Assembly: GCF_009914755.1 (NCBI RefSeq)
Contig: NC_060934.1
DNA length: 64,000 bases
From: the human T2T-CHM13v2.0 reference genome, Homo sapiens
Direction: 5' to 3' (one strand)
Position 1 is the stretch's first letter, and each line of letters opens with the position of its first letter. The notes below the pieces were generated by a model, which worked only from the letters and a program-made list of their open reading frames with translations, was not told where the DNA came from and ran no database searches. The translations under genes were made by a program, and so were the position numbers. Positions 13,158 to 33,470 of this stretch are shown here, piece by piece.

Positions 13158-15787
13158 TGCTCTGTCTTTTAACATTTAGTTGGGATCCCTCTGCTACTTT
13201 CACTCAGTAAATGAGCTATTCTAATTCAGAGATAATATTAAAAAAAATAATTCCATGGGAAGGGAACAATGTTGGAAGTTATGATTCTTGAAGCAAAACT
13301 AAACTGTAGTGCTTCAAATGGCACCAACAATCAGTGGTTTTTTTAAAACGTTAAATCATGGCTTTGTATTAACAAAATGAAAGCTTTAGTTTTTTATATA
13401 TGGACAGAGAAAATATGTGCGTAGAAGCACAATGTCCCCTTGTCACCTTGATGAACAGAGATTATTATTAACAAAAATGTAATACAGGCATACAGAGAGT
13501 CTGGAAATCTGTCTGTGAAGATTTAAATCCTGGCAGTGGGTAGCAGCTGTTTTAAATTTAAGAGGACAGGAGTGAGTTAGCGACATTTTGTAATAAATGA
13601 GCCCTCAGCACACACCAATTGCTGGTAAATTCAGAAAATGATAAACATTCTTCTTGAGCAAGAAAGCAAGATAGGAAACACACCTGCAAAGACTCATTTT
13701 CGAAACAGGAAAGATGTTGTTGTGGAACTGAGACATTTGCTAAAGTTTCTCCATTAGTTGATTTCACCTTTGTCTTCCATCTTTTTCCATTCAGGACCAT
13801 CTTCAAATTTCAATAGTTCTAATGAAATCTGAGATTTTGATAAAAACACACAAAACACAAAAAACCTTGACAGCTCTGAAGTATCAACTTCCATTTTAAA
13901 ACTAGCAAAGCATCCAAAGTAATTTTTTACTATTTATTTGATATAATTTTCTTCCTTTCATCTATACATTTTTTGTATGCAAAAATAACATTTTTTGAAC
14001 AATCAACAAAAAATCAAACTAGTAAATTTTAAAAATGAAAAAATAAACTGTAGAGAAAACTGAGCAGTCCCTAAGCCATACATTAAAGGGGCTTTTAACA
14101 ACATATTAACAATAAGTGTATGTTTTACGTTTTCATCCTTTGGTTGGCATTCCAGAGAGCTAGTAAGAAAACTTTGAACAAACTTCTTCTTTTTCTTTTT
14201 TTTAATTAATTTTTTATTGATACATAATATTTGTACATACTTATGGGGCACATGTGGTATTTTGTTACATGCATAGAATATGCAATTATCCAGTCAGGGT
14301 GTTTAGGGTATTCCTCACCTCCAGTATTTATTATTTCTTTGTGTTGGTAACATTTCAAGCCTTCTCTTCTAGCTGTTTTGAAATATGCAATACATTGTTG
14401 TTAACTATAGTCATTTGACTCTGCTATGTAACATCAGAACTTATTCCTTCTATCTAACTGTATGTTCATACCCATTAACCAACCTCTCTTCATCCCTCCC
14501 ATCCCACACCCTTCCCAGCCTCCGGTAACTATCATTTTACTCTCCACCTCCATGAGATTAACTGTTTTAGCTTCCACATATGAGTGAGAACATGTGATAT
14601 TTATCTTTCTGTGCCTGGCTTATTTCACTTAACATAATGACCTCCAGTTCCATCCCTATTGCTGCAAATGACAGAATTTCATTCTTTATGGCTGAATAGT
14701 ATTCCATTGTGTGAATAGTATTCCATTTTATTTACCCATTCATCTGTTGATGAACACTTCAGTTGATTCTATATTTTTTGCTATTGTGAACAGTGCTGCA
14801 ATAAATACGGGGGTGCAGGTATCCCTTTGATATACTGACTCCCTTTCCTTTGTATAAATACCCATTAGTGGGTTTGTTAGATCTCATGGTAGTTCCATTT
14901 TTTTGTTTGTTTGTTTTTGAGAAGTCTCTGTACTGTTTTCCATAATGGCTGTACTAATTTACATTCCCATCAACAGTGTCTGAGCTCCCTATTCTATATA
15001 TCCTTGCCAGTTTGTCTGTTATTTTTTGTCTTTTTGATGATAGCCATTCTAACTGGGGTAAGACGATATTTCATTGTGGTTTTGATTTGCATTTCCCTGA
15101 TGATTAGTGATATTGAACATTTTTTCACAAACTCGTTGGCCATTTGTATGTCTTCTTTTGAGAAATGTCTATTCTTGTCCTTAGCCCATTTTTAAATGGT
15201 ATTACTTGTTTTTTTCCTGCTGTTGCGTTTGAGTACTTTGTATATTCTCGACATTAGTCCCTTGTCAGATGAATAGTGCAGATGAATAGGGAGAAATATG
15301 CAAATATTTTCTCCCATTTTTGTTTCTTCATTCTGCTTATTGTTTCCTTTGCTGTACAAAAGCTTTTTAGTTTTATGTAGTTTAATTTGCCTATTTTTAG
15401 TTTTGTTGCCTGTGCTTTTGAGGTCTTAGCATGAAATCTTTGCCTAGACCAATGTCCTAGTGTGTTTACCCTGTTTTCTTCTAATAGTTTTATCGTTTCA
15501 GGTTTTACGTTTACATTTTTAACCCATCTTGAGATGATTTTTGTATATAGTGAGAAATACAGGTCTAGTTTCATTCTTCTGCATATAGATACCCAATTTT
15601 CCCAGCACCACTTATTGAAAAAGGTGTCCTTTCCCCAAAGTACGTTCTTGGCACCTTTGTTGAAAATCAATTGACTGTAAATATGTAGATTTATTTCTGG
15701 GTTGTCTATTCTGTTCCATTTGTCTGTGTGTCTGTTTTATGTGAGTACTATGCAGTTTTGGTTACTATAGCCTTGAAATATGTTTTG

Positions 15788-16162
<375 letters not shown>

Positions 16163-17235
16163 TTATGTTCTTTTTTGGTTCCAAACAAATTTTAGGATTT
16201 TTTTTCTAATTCTGTGAAAAATTAGATTGGACTTTTGATAAAGATTGCGTTGAATCTATAGATTGCTTTTGATAGTATGGTCATTTTAACCATATTGATT
16301 CTTCTGACCAATGAGCTCAGGATGGCGTTTCATTCATTTGCGTCCTCTTCAGTTTCTTTCATCAGTGTTTCGTAGTTTCCATTGTAAAGTTCTTTCACCT
16401 CTTTAGTTAAATTGATTTCTAGGTATTTTATTATTTTTGTAGCTATTGTAAATGGAATCCTTCTTAATTCTTTTTCATATAATTTGTTATTAGTGTGTAG
16501 AAATGCTATTGATTTTTGGATGTTGATTTTGTGTGCTTCAACTTTACTGAATTTGTTTATCAGATAGATCTAAGACTTTTTTGGTAGAGTATTTAGGTTT
16601 TTCTAAATATAAGATTATGTCATCTGCAAAGAGGGAAAATTTGACTTCTTCTTTTCTGGTTTGGATGCCTTTTTATCTTTTTTTTTTTTTCTTACTTGAT
16701 TGCTCTGGTGAGACTTCTCATGCTGTGTTTAATAGGAGTGGTTAAAGTGGGTGTCCTTGTGTTGTTCCAGTTCTCAGAGGAAAGGCTTTCAGCTTTTTCG
16801 CATTCAGTATGCTGTTAGCTAAGGGTTTGTCATATATGGCCTTCATTAAATTGAGGTATGTTTCTTTTATGCCTAATTTGTTGAGAGTTTTTATCATGAA
16901 GGGATGTTGAATGTTATCAAATGCTTTCTCAAATGCTTTTGCTGCATCTACTGAGGATTGTGTGGTTTTTGTCCTTCATTCTATTGACATGTTGTATCAT
17001 GTTTACCAATTTGTGTATGTTGAACTATCCTTGCATCCCCGGGATAAATCCCACTTGATCGTGGTGTGTTTTTGATGTACTGTTGGATTCAGTTTGCTAG
17101 TATTTTCTTGAGGATTTTTGCGTCTATCTTTATTCGGGACATTGGCCTGCAGTTTTCTTTTATTGTTGTGCCCTTGTCTGGTTTTGGTATCAGAGTAATA
17201 TTGGCTTCAGATAATGAGTTAGGGAGAATTTCCTC

Positions 17236-17507
17236 CTCACTCTGTCGCCAGGCTGGAGTGCAGTGGCGCAATCTCGGCTCACTGCAACCTCCGCCTCTTA
17301 GGTTGAAGTGATTCTCCTGCCTCAGCCTGGGTCTGAGTAGCTGAGACGACAGGCGCCCGCCACCACGCCCAGCTAATTTTTGTATTTTTAGTGGAGACTG
17401 GGTTTCACCATGTTGGCCAGGATGGTCTCGATCTCTTGACCTTGTAATCCATCCACCTCGGCCTTCCAAAGTGCTGGGATTACAGGTATGAGCCATCACG
17501 CCTGGCC
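17236..17507 (-). mobile_element. AluSc-like element lacking its poly-A tail, inside L1
   Basis: Starts at CTCACTCTGTCGCC with no poly-T or GAGAC. Confidence 0.9.
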
Positions 17508-17793
17508 CTTCAGTTTTTTTGAAATAGTTTTAGGATAATTGAGGTTAGCTCTTCTTTATAAATTTGGTACAATTCAGCAATGCAGCCATTGGTCCTGGAC
17601 TTTGCTTTGTTGGGAGACTTTTTAATCACTGGTTCAATCTCATTACTTGTTATCAGTCTGCTCAGGTTTTCTATTTCTTCCTCATTCAATTTTGGTAGGT
17701 TGTATACATCCAGGAATTTATCCATTTCCTTTAGGTTTTCCAGTTTGTAGCACATGATTGTTCATAATAGTCTCTAATGATCTTTTGTATTTC

Positions 17794-18129
<336 letters not shown>

Positions 18130-18510
18130 GATCTTTTGTATTCCTGTGATAACTAGTTGTAATGTCTCTTTTTTTGTTTCTATTTTGTTTATTTGGGTCT
18201 TCTCTCTTTTTTCCTTGCAAACATCTTCTTTAATTTTAAAAAGTGTGGATTTTTAAAATTGCCAACTCTAGTATTTTTAAATATAACATAATTGATGTGA
18301 ATGGTAAAACTTATATTTCTTAATAAACCTAATGAAAAAGAAAACAAAATTCCCCCAAGTTGCCATTTTAATTCCCTAAAATAGATGTTTGTGTCCCTTA
18401 GCAACCTGCAAACTATATGTATTTCTTTTTTCCTTGTCATTAAATCGTCATCCAAGAAAACCAATGATAAGAAGGATCTATACAGAGAAGAAAAGTAAAA
18501 ACTGGGATTA

Positions 18511-18943
<433 letters not shown>

Positions 18944-20631
18944 TTACTTCTAAAGTTTAGATGAGTTTCATTAAAATTGCATGGTTTTCAGAACTTTTTG
19001 TAGATTTTTGACATCATCAGATGTATGATACACACACACACATTGAAACCACATAGGTGGAGGTACATAAACTGAAATGAACTGATAAAATATATTTTAT
19101 GTTACTTTTAGGATATATAATAAACTCAAAAATAATGTTTTCTCAAATAATTACAACCCAGGCTTTGTAAAACTACTGTCTTCCAGTAATAATGATACAT
19201 AGTAATCTTTCTTTATAATAAACATTACAGTTATAAACCTTAGGGTTGTAAGGAAGTTTAAAAACAAATATTTACATTTTTATTTTCAAAATAAGAAGTA
19301 AAATAATTCCCATTATTACTGTTTACATTACTGCTTCCAAGCATGCCTGAGGATATGAGAAAAATGTTCTTTGTTATCCTGATCATAAATGGCCAATTAT
19401 TACCTCCCCAATCACATGAAATTAGAATCTGGAATTAAAACAACTACAAAAAACTACAAAAAACAAATAGAAAAAAAAAACCTTCAGAGTGCCCCATAAG
19501 CACTCTATTCCTTCCATTTTGATGGATTTTTCTTTTTAGTATCATTGGGACTGAAAACAATACTTGTCCTATACTGTTATTTCTAATATAAAATTTGGGT
19601 TTGCATATGGTTTCTCCCTTGTATTGTAAGATCCTTGGTAGTAGAGGATACATTTTTGCTTTTCTTATTTGTCTCCCAGTATTGTGCTGTGTTCACAGAA
19701 GGTCCTTAAAATACAATTTTTAAAACACACTGAAATAAATAAGAACATGTCTTGTCCTTAAACATAATTACAAAGACATATTGATAGCTACTTTGAAGGG
19801 AAGGACTCAAGCAAAGCTAAATTGTAAATAGTTGCCAATTCCTTTAGCTAGTGTCTTGAAAGGGCAACATGATAACCTTTGATGTCTAGTACAAGTCTTG
19901 AATCTGCAGGAGCAAAACCTTAGAAACCCTCAAGCCCCAAACCATGGAAATCCAATTTTGACTTAAATAAAAAGCATTCTGTTGAAAATGGTTTTATACG
20001 TTAAGAATCCTTGATGCATACCTTCTATTAATTTTTCTTTAATCTTTTGGAAAAAGAACTGATTTTGATATAATCTGTGTCATAAAACATAATACAGTAA
20101 CTCTTAAGTATACAAAAGCAATTATTGCTGTTAACTAAATGGAGAATTTTAAAAATTCTGTGAAGAGACATTTAATGAAACAGGATCTACATTAATTTTA
20201 AAGATTTCCGAGTTCTGAAATGAACACATATGCCCAGAAAAACCTAATTGAACACCAAATTTATCTATCGTTAAGTATTTTTATTCCTTACAAATACTTT
20301 TAATGTATGAAATTAGAATTTTATGTTACAGAATAAATGCTAATTTTTTTAAAAGTCTTACTTTCATATCTATTACCTGTGTTTATTCATTCAACATGTA
20401 TTATCAATCACGTGCTCTGTGCAAGATACTATAATATAGACTTTGTAAGAGAAAAATATCAGTAAGGCATTGACTTTTAATAATCTTTAAATTCAACAGA
20501 GGAGATCAGATAGGTAGAAAACAAGTAATAATAGTACAAGATAGAAAATTCTAAGTATAGTTCAATTTTAATTATGAATATAAGTTCTAAATAAATATTT
20601 AGTAATGCAAATTTGGCAACATTAACATTAA

Positions 20632-20810
20632 TTATAAGTATAAACTGTATTTATAAGTGTATTTATAAACTGTATTTATAAGTGTATTTATAAACTGTAT
20701 TTATAACTGTATTTATAAACTGTATAAACCTATATAGGTTTATTAAGGGAATATGTATACATACATATGTATACAGTTTTAGGACATATGTAGTAAGTAC
20801 TACATATGTG
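20632..20810. repeat. AT-rich 12-13-bp minisatellite followed by three short palindromes
   Basis: Repeated TGTATTTATAA(AC/G); inverted repeats at 20724-20743, 20754-20775 and 20784-20809. Confidence 0.85.
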
Positions 20811-20849
20811 TTATACTATTAGTTATGTATTCCAGGAATATAAGGATGA

Positions 20850-23658
<2,809 letters not shown>

Positions 23659-23698
23659 TCATAAAAAATATTTTAAACCTAGCCTAAGTCTCTATTAG

Positions 23699-24058
<360 letters not shown>

Positions 24059-24636
24059 TTAGTTTTTATTTTAGATTCAAGGAGCACATATGCAGGTTTG
24101 TTACATGGTATATTGCATGATATTGACGTTTGGGTTTCTAATGGGTGGCATATTTTAGACCTGTAACATATTTGTACTCATAGAATGAACAAATAATGTG
24201 CTTATAAGGTTCAGATATGAGAAGAAACCAGGCAGTCATGTAGCAACTGCCATTAGCAGCACTAATTACTCTTCAAAACCAGCTTGGCATTCTTGAAAAT
24301 ACCCCTCATTAATATTTTTCTTCTATAAGGCAGCTGAAGATGGCAGCCCAAACACACAAATCTGATGAGACTTACTTATATATCAAAGTTAGATCCAGGT
24401 ATATTGCAAGCAACAGGGATTCAACTTCCTCAGTGTGTTTCATGTGAAGAAAACACCAGTCAAAGGAACTATGTAGCCCTCGCTTAGCTTTAATGCATTT
24501 AAATCCAATTTACATAAACCTTATTTTTATATGGGTAGGCTTTATTATTATAGAGTGCAATTCTCTGCATATATAATATTAATATGGGAACATATGCAGA
24601 AGATGTAATGGCTGTAAAGATTTTGTATAAAGTAGC

Positions 24637-26684
24637 TGTATTAGTCTGTTGTCACACTGCTATAAAGAACTATCTGAGACTGGGTAATTTATAAAGAAAA
24701 GTTTAATTGACTCACAGTTCTGCATGGCTAGGGAGGCCTCAGGAAACTTACAATCATGGCTGAAGGTGAAGGGGAAGCAAGGCACGTCTTACATGGCAGC
24801 AGGAGAGACAGAGTGAGGGGGGATGTTTCACACTTTAAAACCATCAGATCTCATGAGAACTAATTCACTATCACAAGAACAGCAAGGCAAGAATCTGCCC
24901 CCATGATCCCGAGAGGTAACAGCATGCTGGCAGCCCTCGCAGCCCTCACTCACTCTTGGCGCCTCCTCAGCCTTGGTGCCCACTCTGGCCACACTTAAGG
25001 AGCCCTTCAGCCCGCCGCTGCACTGTGGGAGCCCCTTTCTGGTCTGGCCAAGGCTGGAGCTGGCTCCCTCAGCTTGTGGGGAGGAGTGGAGGGAGAGGTG
25101 TGGGCGGGAACAGGCAATGCCTGCCTGCTTGGGGGCCAGCTAGAGTTCTGGGTGGGCGTGGGCTTGGCAGCCCCTCACTCGGAGCCGCTGGCCGGCCCCC
25201 CCTGCCCCAGGTAGTAAGGGGCTTAGCACCTGGGCCAGCAGCTGCGGAGGGTGCGCCAGGTCCCCCAGCAGTGCCGCCACACAGGCGCTGTGCTTGATTT
25301 CTCCCCGGGCCTTAGCTGCCTCCCTGCCGGGCAGGGCTCGGGACCTGCAGCCCGCCATGCCTGAGCCTCCCCGTGCAGCCATGGGCTCCTGGGCGGCCGA
25401 GCCTCCCCAACGAGCACCGCCCCCTGCTCCACAGCGCCCAGTCCCATCAACTGCCCAAGGGCTGAGGAGTGTGGGCACAGGGCGGGACTGGCGGGCAGCT
25501 CCACCTGCGGCCCTGGTGCAGGATCCACTGGGTGAAGCCAGCTGGGTTCCTGAGTCTAGTGGGGACTTGGAGAACCTTTCTGTCTAGCTAAGGGATTGTG
25601 AGTGCACCAATCAGCACTCTGTGCCTAGCTCAAGGTTTGTGAACACACCAATCAGCACCCTGTGTCTAGCTCAGGGTTTGTGAATGCACCAGTCGACACT
25701 CTGTACCTAGCTAATCTGGTGGGGACTTGGAGAATCTTTATGTCTAGCTAAGGGATTGTGAATGCACCAATCGGCACTCTGTATCTAGCTCAAGGTTTGT
25801 AAATGCACCAGTGGGCACTCTGTATCTAGTTAATCTGGTGGGGACTTGGAGAATCTTTATGTCTAGCTAAGGGATTGTGAATGCACCAATCGGCACTCTG
25901 TATCTAGCTCAAGGTTTGTAAATGCACCAATCGGCACTCTGTGTCTAGCTCAGGGTTTGTAAATATACCAATCAACACTCTGTATCTAGCTAATCTAGTG
26001 GGGAGGTGGAGAACTTTTGTGCCTAGCTCAGGGATTGTAAACACACCAATCAGCACCCTGTCAAAACAGACCGATCAGCTCTCTGTAAAACAGACCAATC
26101 AACTCTCTGTAAAATGGACCAATCAGCAGGATATGGGTGGGGCCAGACACGAGAACAAACGCAGGCTGCTCAAGCCAGCAGGGCAACCCGTTCAGGTCCC
26201 CTTCCACACTGTGGAAGCTTTGTTCTTTAGCTCTTTGCAATAAATCTTGATTCTGCTCATTCTTTGGGTCCACACTGCCTTTATGAGCTGTAAGGCTCAC
26301 CGCGAAAGTCTGCAGTTTCACTCCTGAAGCCAGCGAGACCACGAACCCACCGGGAGGAATAAACAACTCCAGACGCGCCGCCTTAAGAGCTGAAACACTC
26401 AGGGCGAAGGTCCGCAGCTTCACTCCTGAGCCAGTGAGACCACGAACCCACCAGAAGGAAGAAACTCTAAACACATCCGAACATCAGAAGGAACAAACTC
26501 CGGACATGCAGTCTTTAAGAACTAACACTCACCGTGAGGGTCCGCGGCTTCAGCCTTGAAGTCAGTGAGACCAAGAACCCATCAATTCCGGACACAATCC
26601 AATCACCTCCCACCAGGCCTTTTCCCCAACACATGGGGATCACGACTTGAGATGAGATTTGGGACACAGAACCAAACCATATCA
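24637..26684 (-). mobile_element. MSTA-like MaLR solo LTR (split by LTR12C)
   Basis: TGTATTAGTC...AACCATATCA termini; TSD GTAGC/CTAGC. Confidence 0.88.
24910..26596 (+). mobile_element. LTR12C (ERV9) solo LTR
   Basis: Start GAGAGGTAACAGCATGCTGGCAG; GC-rich U3; tandem CACCAATC(A/G)GCAC repeats; U5 repeats; end CCGGACACA; 4-bp TSD ATCC. Confidence 0.93.
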
Positions 26685-26864
26685 CTAGCCGTTTTAATCA
26701 CTGGAGAAGAAAATTTCACAATGCTGAAGAAATTTTCAAAGAACTATGTGTTCTGAGTGCTGCCACAAGTTTATTTGAGTGGATATGTAGAAGCTATTCC
26801 AGAATGTTTCTTTTAATCTACAGTCACACGTTAGAATGTCTTACCTGCTGACATCACACTTTGA

Positions 26865-27218
<354 letters not shown>

Positions 27219-27414
27219 TAGTTTGATGCATCTTATGATTTCCCCCAAGAACTTTGGGCTACACCATGTGTTTCTGCATGACTTGTGGTTAAATAGGATG
27301 CAGAATAAAAGGAGCTGTTTTCTCAAGCCTTTGGTGCTACAACTAAACCTGATAATATCTTTGAAGCTCTGTCAAAATTCTTCCAAACAAATGAGATATT
27401 AAAAATTGATAACA

Positions 27415-27735
27415 GGACCAGGTGTACTGGCTCATGCCTGTAATCTCAGCATGTTGGGAGGCTGAGGCAGGAGGATAACTTGAGGCCCAGAGTTCGAGAC
27501 TAGCTTGGGCAACATAGCAAGACCCTGTCCCTACAAAAAAAAATAAAAACATTAGCCAGGCATGGTGTTGTATGTATGCCACTTGTGCCAGCTACCTGGG
27601 AGGCTGAAGTGGGAGGACTGCTTAAGCCCAGAAGGTTGAGGCTGTAGTGAGCTATGATTGTTATCTCTGCACTCCAGTCTGGGTGACAGACAGTGACCAT
27701 GCCTCTAAAAAAATAAAATAATTAAATTTTTTAAA
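27415..27735 (+). mobile_element. AluJ
   Basis: Diverged full Alu; TSD AAAA(A/C)TTGATAA. Confidence 0.9.
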
Positions 27736-29129
27736 AACTTGATAAGAATGTGCATTTAATATTGCTCCAATAATGTGGAATTCACAGTGAGGAATTTGAC
27801 AGGAAAAAAATCAGGTATTCACTGCTAAGCATCCAAAACCCTGCCTGGCAATCTAAGAGAATTGTTCATATTATTATCAAGGTTGTCAATCCCATGGAAA
27901 GTATTAGAATACATGCCTTGCTTTGTGAGAACTTGAATGCTCATGGCAAAGTTCTCATGTTCTATCCTGAAGTTTCCAAGTTATCACAAGGAAAGATATT
28001 TGGCCAAAGAATATAGGTACTTCATTTTCAGAGTGTTAAGCTACCAATAACTTCACACTGTCAAAACTAATACCTTTCACTGGGGCTTTGCATATTTGGC
28101 AGATTCAGTTGGAATTTTGTACATGGAACCTGAAATTTTAAGAGGTGGATCCTGATATTAGTGTGTATTAAGTTTACTTCAGGCAGTTTTAACCAAAATC
28201 CAGCTACAGCAAGAGCAAATTGCTGCTAAAATTGGCCTCTTCTCTTTCTGACTTAATTCTTGAAAGTGATTTCATGGGGGAAAGAATGTAAAACATCATC
28301 TAATTTGCCTGCAAGATAAATTCAGGTAATAATTTTTGTGACATTATAGCAAAAAATTTCATTTGGAAGTTTGGAAGGAAATTGTTACTCACTTAGACAT
28401 TTTTTATTTGCTAAACGATCCCCACAAGGAGATTTGGGGAATCAGATTTAATTTCATTGCAACTTCCAGAAAACAATTTGGAAAAGCTTTGGATAAAATG
28501 GGTTCTTATTTAACCCCAAATAAGTGAGAAAGCTTTGCATGTCCTCATCCAGTTTTCATTGACTATGCTTGTGAAAACTTTTTCCTCAATTTTTGCATTG
28601 CTGGCTATGAAAACAAAGCAGCATGATAGGCTTGATAAATGACATATATTGTTTTCTTGCAGCCAAACTTTAGGCTTGTGTGCCTTCTCAGGTACTGCTT
28701 TCCTTCCCTGAAATTCACCTTTCCTCAACTTGTTAGCTAAGCTAATTTCTCCTTGTCCTTCAAATCTCAGATCAAATGAGTCATTTACTCCAGGAAGTCT
28801 GGTTCAGATGGAGTGGCCTTTCCTGTATCCTCCCATGACGCCCTGCACAACCTGTGATCCTGGCATTTTCCACCAACTATGTACTCCATGCTGCCCTGGA
28901 GCATTTTATATGTGAAGCCCCTCACAGAGTGTCTGTTGTATTCTAGTCTCTCAATGTAAATTTGCTGCCCAATGTTTATAGGTAAACACATGCAGGTATA
29001 CATGTTCCAGAGAAGAAATATGGAAGAGTCAAGGATTAACTTGGTGGGGGCAGTCAGTAGAGGCTGTGGAGAAGAAGTACCATCAGTCAGCATTCTCCAT
29101 GGAATAGACCACGCCACATAGAGGTGTAA

Positions 29130-29589
<460 letters not shown>

Positions 29590-29909
29590 TAGACTACATG
29601 CCTCAATTAAAGAGAGAGGCCAGTACCTTGCCACATGGGAATTTGGAGCCGAATATGGTCAGATGCTTTTTTTTTTTTTTTTTAAGAGAAGCTAGGAATT
29701 GGATATGAGATCTCCCCGTTTTAGATTGGCAAGTAGAGTTGACGCTTGAACAACGTGGGGGTCAGGAGTGTTGACTTCCATGCAGTTGAAAATCTATAGA
29801 TAACTTTTGAATCCCCAAAAGCATAACTACTAACAGCTTCCTGTTGATCAGAAGCCTTATCAATAACATAAGCAATCAATTAACGTATAATTTTGTATGC
29901 TATATGTAG

Positions 29910-30625
<716 letters not shown>

Positions 30626-30956
30626 TGTATTATATGTATAGTGTATTCTTAAAATGGAGTAAGCTAGAGAAAATAAAATGTTATTAAGAAAATCCTAAGA
30701 GAAAATACATTTACTATTCATTAAGTGGAAGTGGATCATCATAAAGGTTTTCATCCTCATTGTCTTCATGCTGAGTAGGCTAAGGGGAGGAGGAGGAGGC
30801 AGAGAAGGGATTGGTCTTGCTGTCTCGGGGTAACAAAGGTCCCCAGGTATAAATGCATCGACCGGTTTAAACCCGCGTTGTTCAAGGGTCCACTGTAATT
30901 TAGACTTAACACAGGCCAGAAACACACATCCTTGGGCAGAATTTGTCTAACAACTC

Positions 30957-31388
<432 letters not shown>

Positions 31389-31595
31389 TAGAAACAACCA
31401 TATTATCTCTGTGGCATTTCCTCCTGAATAGTGCTTACTGAGGAGTGCGTGTCCTCAGTGTGAAGGTTCTCTTCCCATGTGAGAGCACTGCTTACTTTGT
31501 GGGGAACCCTGAGGAATTTGACAGTCCTCGGTAAGATGGAAAGATCTGGAAAAATCCCTCCAGATAGTTTAATCTCACACTTTAAATACATTACC

Positions 31596-31905
<310 letters not shown>

Positions 31906-32766
31906 ATTGCCACGGGAGAGTGTAAAGAGGAAACAGCAAAAGGCACAGGGACCGAAATTTGGGGAGTATATACCTTCAGAGCACTTGAAGAAGAATAAAG
32001 GGAAGAAAATGAGAAGGACAACAGGACAAGAAGCAGTTGCCGTGGACTGAGGAAATAAGGCCAAGGCAGTCACTTATCACAATTATGCTTATTTAATTAA
32101 TGTGTTTGCTTTTGTTAGTAAAAGGGCGTGGCATGTAAGTTGGATGATTATTAAATCATTTCTCCAGCATTCTTGTGCATGTACGTTCAAGAGTTAACAT
32201 CCCCTGACAAATAATACAGTCAGAAAAGAGATTGGAGGCGAGTTTCACATCTGTTTTACTTTAACCTTTCTACACAGGAAAAACAGTCCTGATGACTTTG
32301 CCCAGTTTTTAAACTTGGAATTGTCTTTCATGGAACTGAAAAGCCCTCACACACATTGAAATTAATCTCATGGTGTTGAAACTTCTGGAAAGTCGACGTG
32401 GAATTTTCTTCTCAAATTTGAAATCCACATAAGAAAGATGTGCAATTAGTAGACAAATGTGGGGAAACGTTCAACCTCATTAGCAATCCAAGATATACAA
32501 ATAAAAGCAGCAATAACATAACCTTATTGGTTTGGACCGTTGGTGAGCTCTAGTGCTGGCTTCAACTCTGAAACATTGCTGGAGGGAGTACGACTGGGAC
32601 AATCCCTATAGAAAAATAATTTGGCAATGCATTTTCAGAACTCCAAAACAGCCTGGCTCTGTGTTTTTTTGGAGTTTAATTTGAAATCTATAAAATAAAA
32701 AAATACATATAGGAAGGTTTTGTTTCACCTTTATTTATAAGATACTAAGTGTACCTAAAATGGGTA

Positions 32767-33470
<704 letters not shown>

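Noticed and set aside
25590-26130. Regularly spaced ~40-bp repeats resembling a CRISPR array
   Set aside because: Units are tandem with no unique spacers, match the ERV9 LTR enhancer repeats, and lie in eukaryotic DNA with no cas genes.
24956-26756. Cluster of 66-137 aa ORFs
   Set aside because: They lie within LTR12C/MSTA and are chance ORFs in GC-rich LTR sequence.
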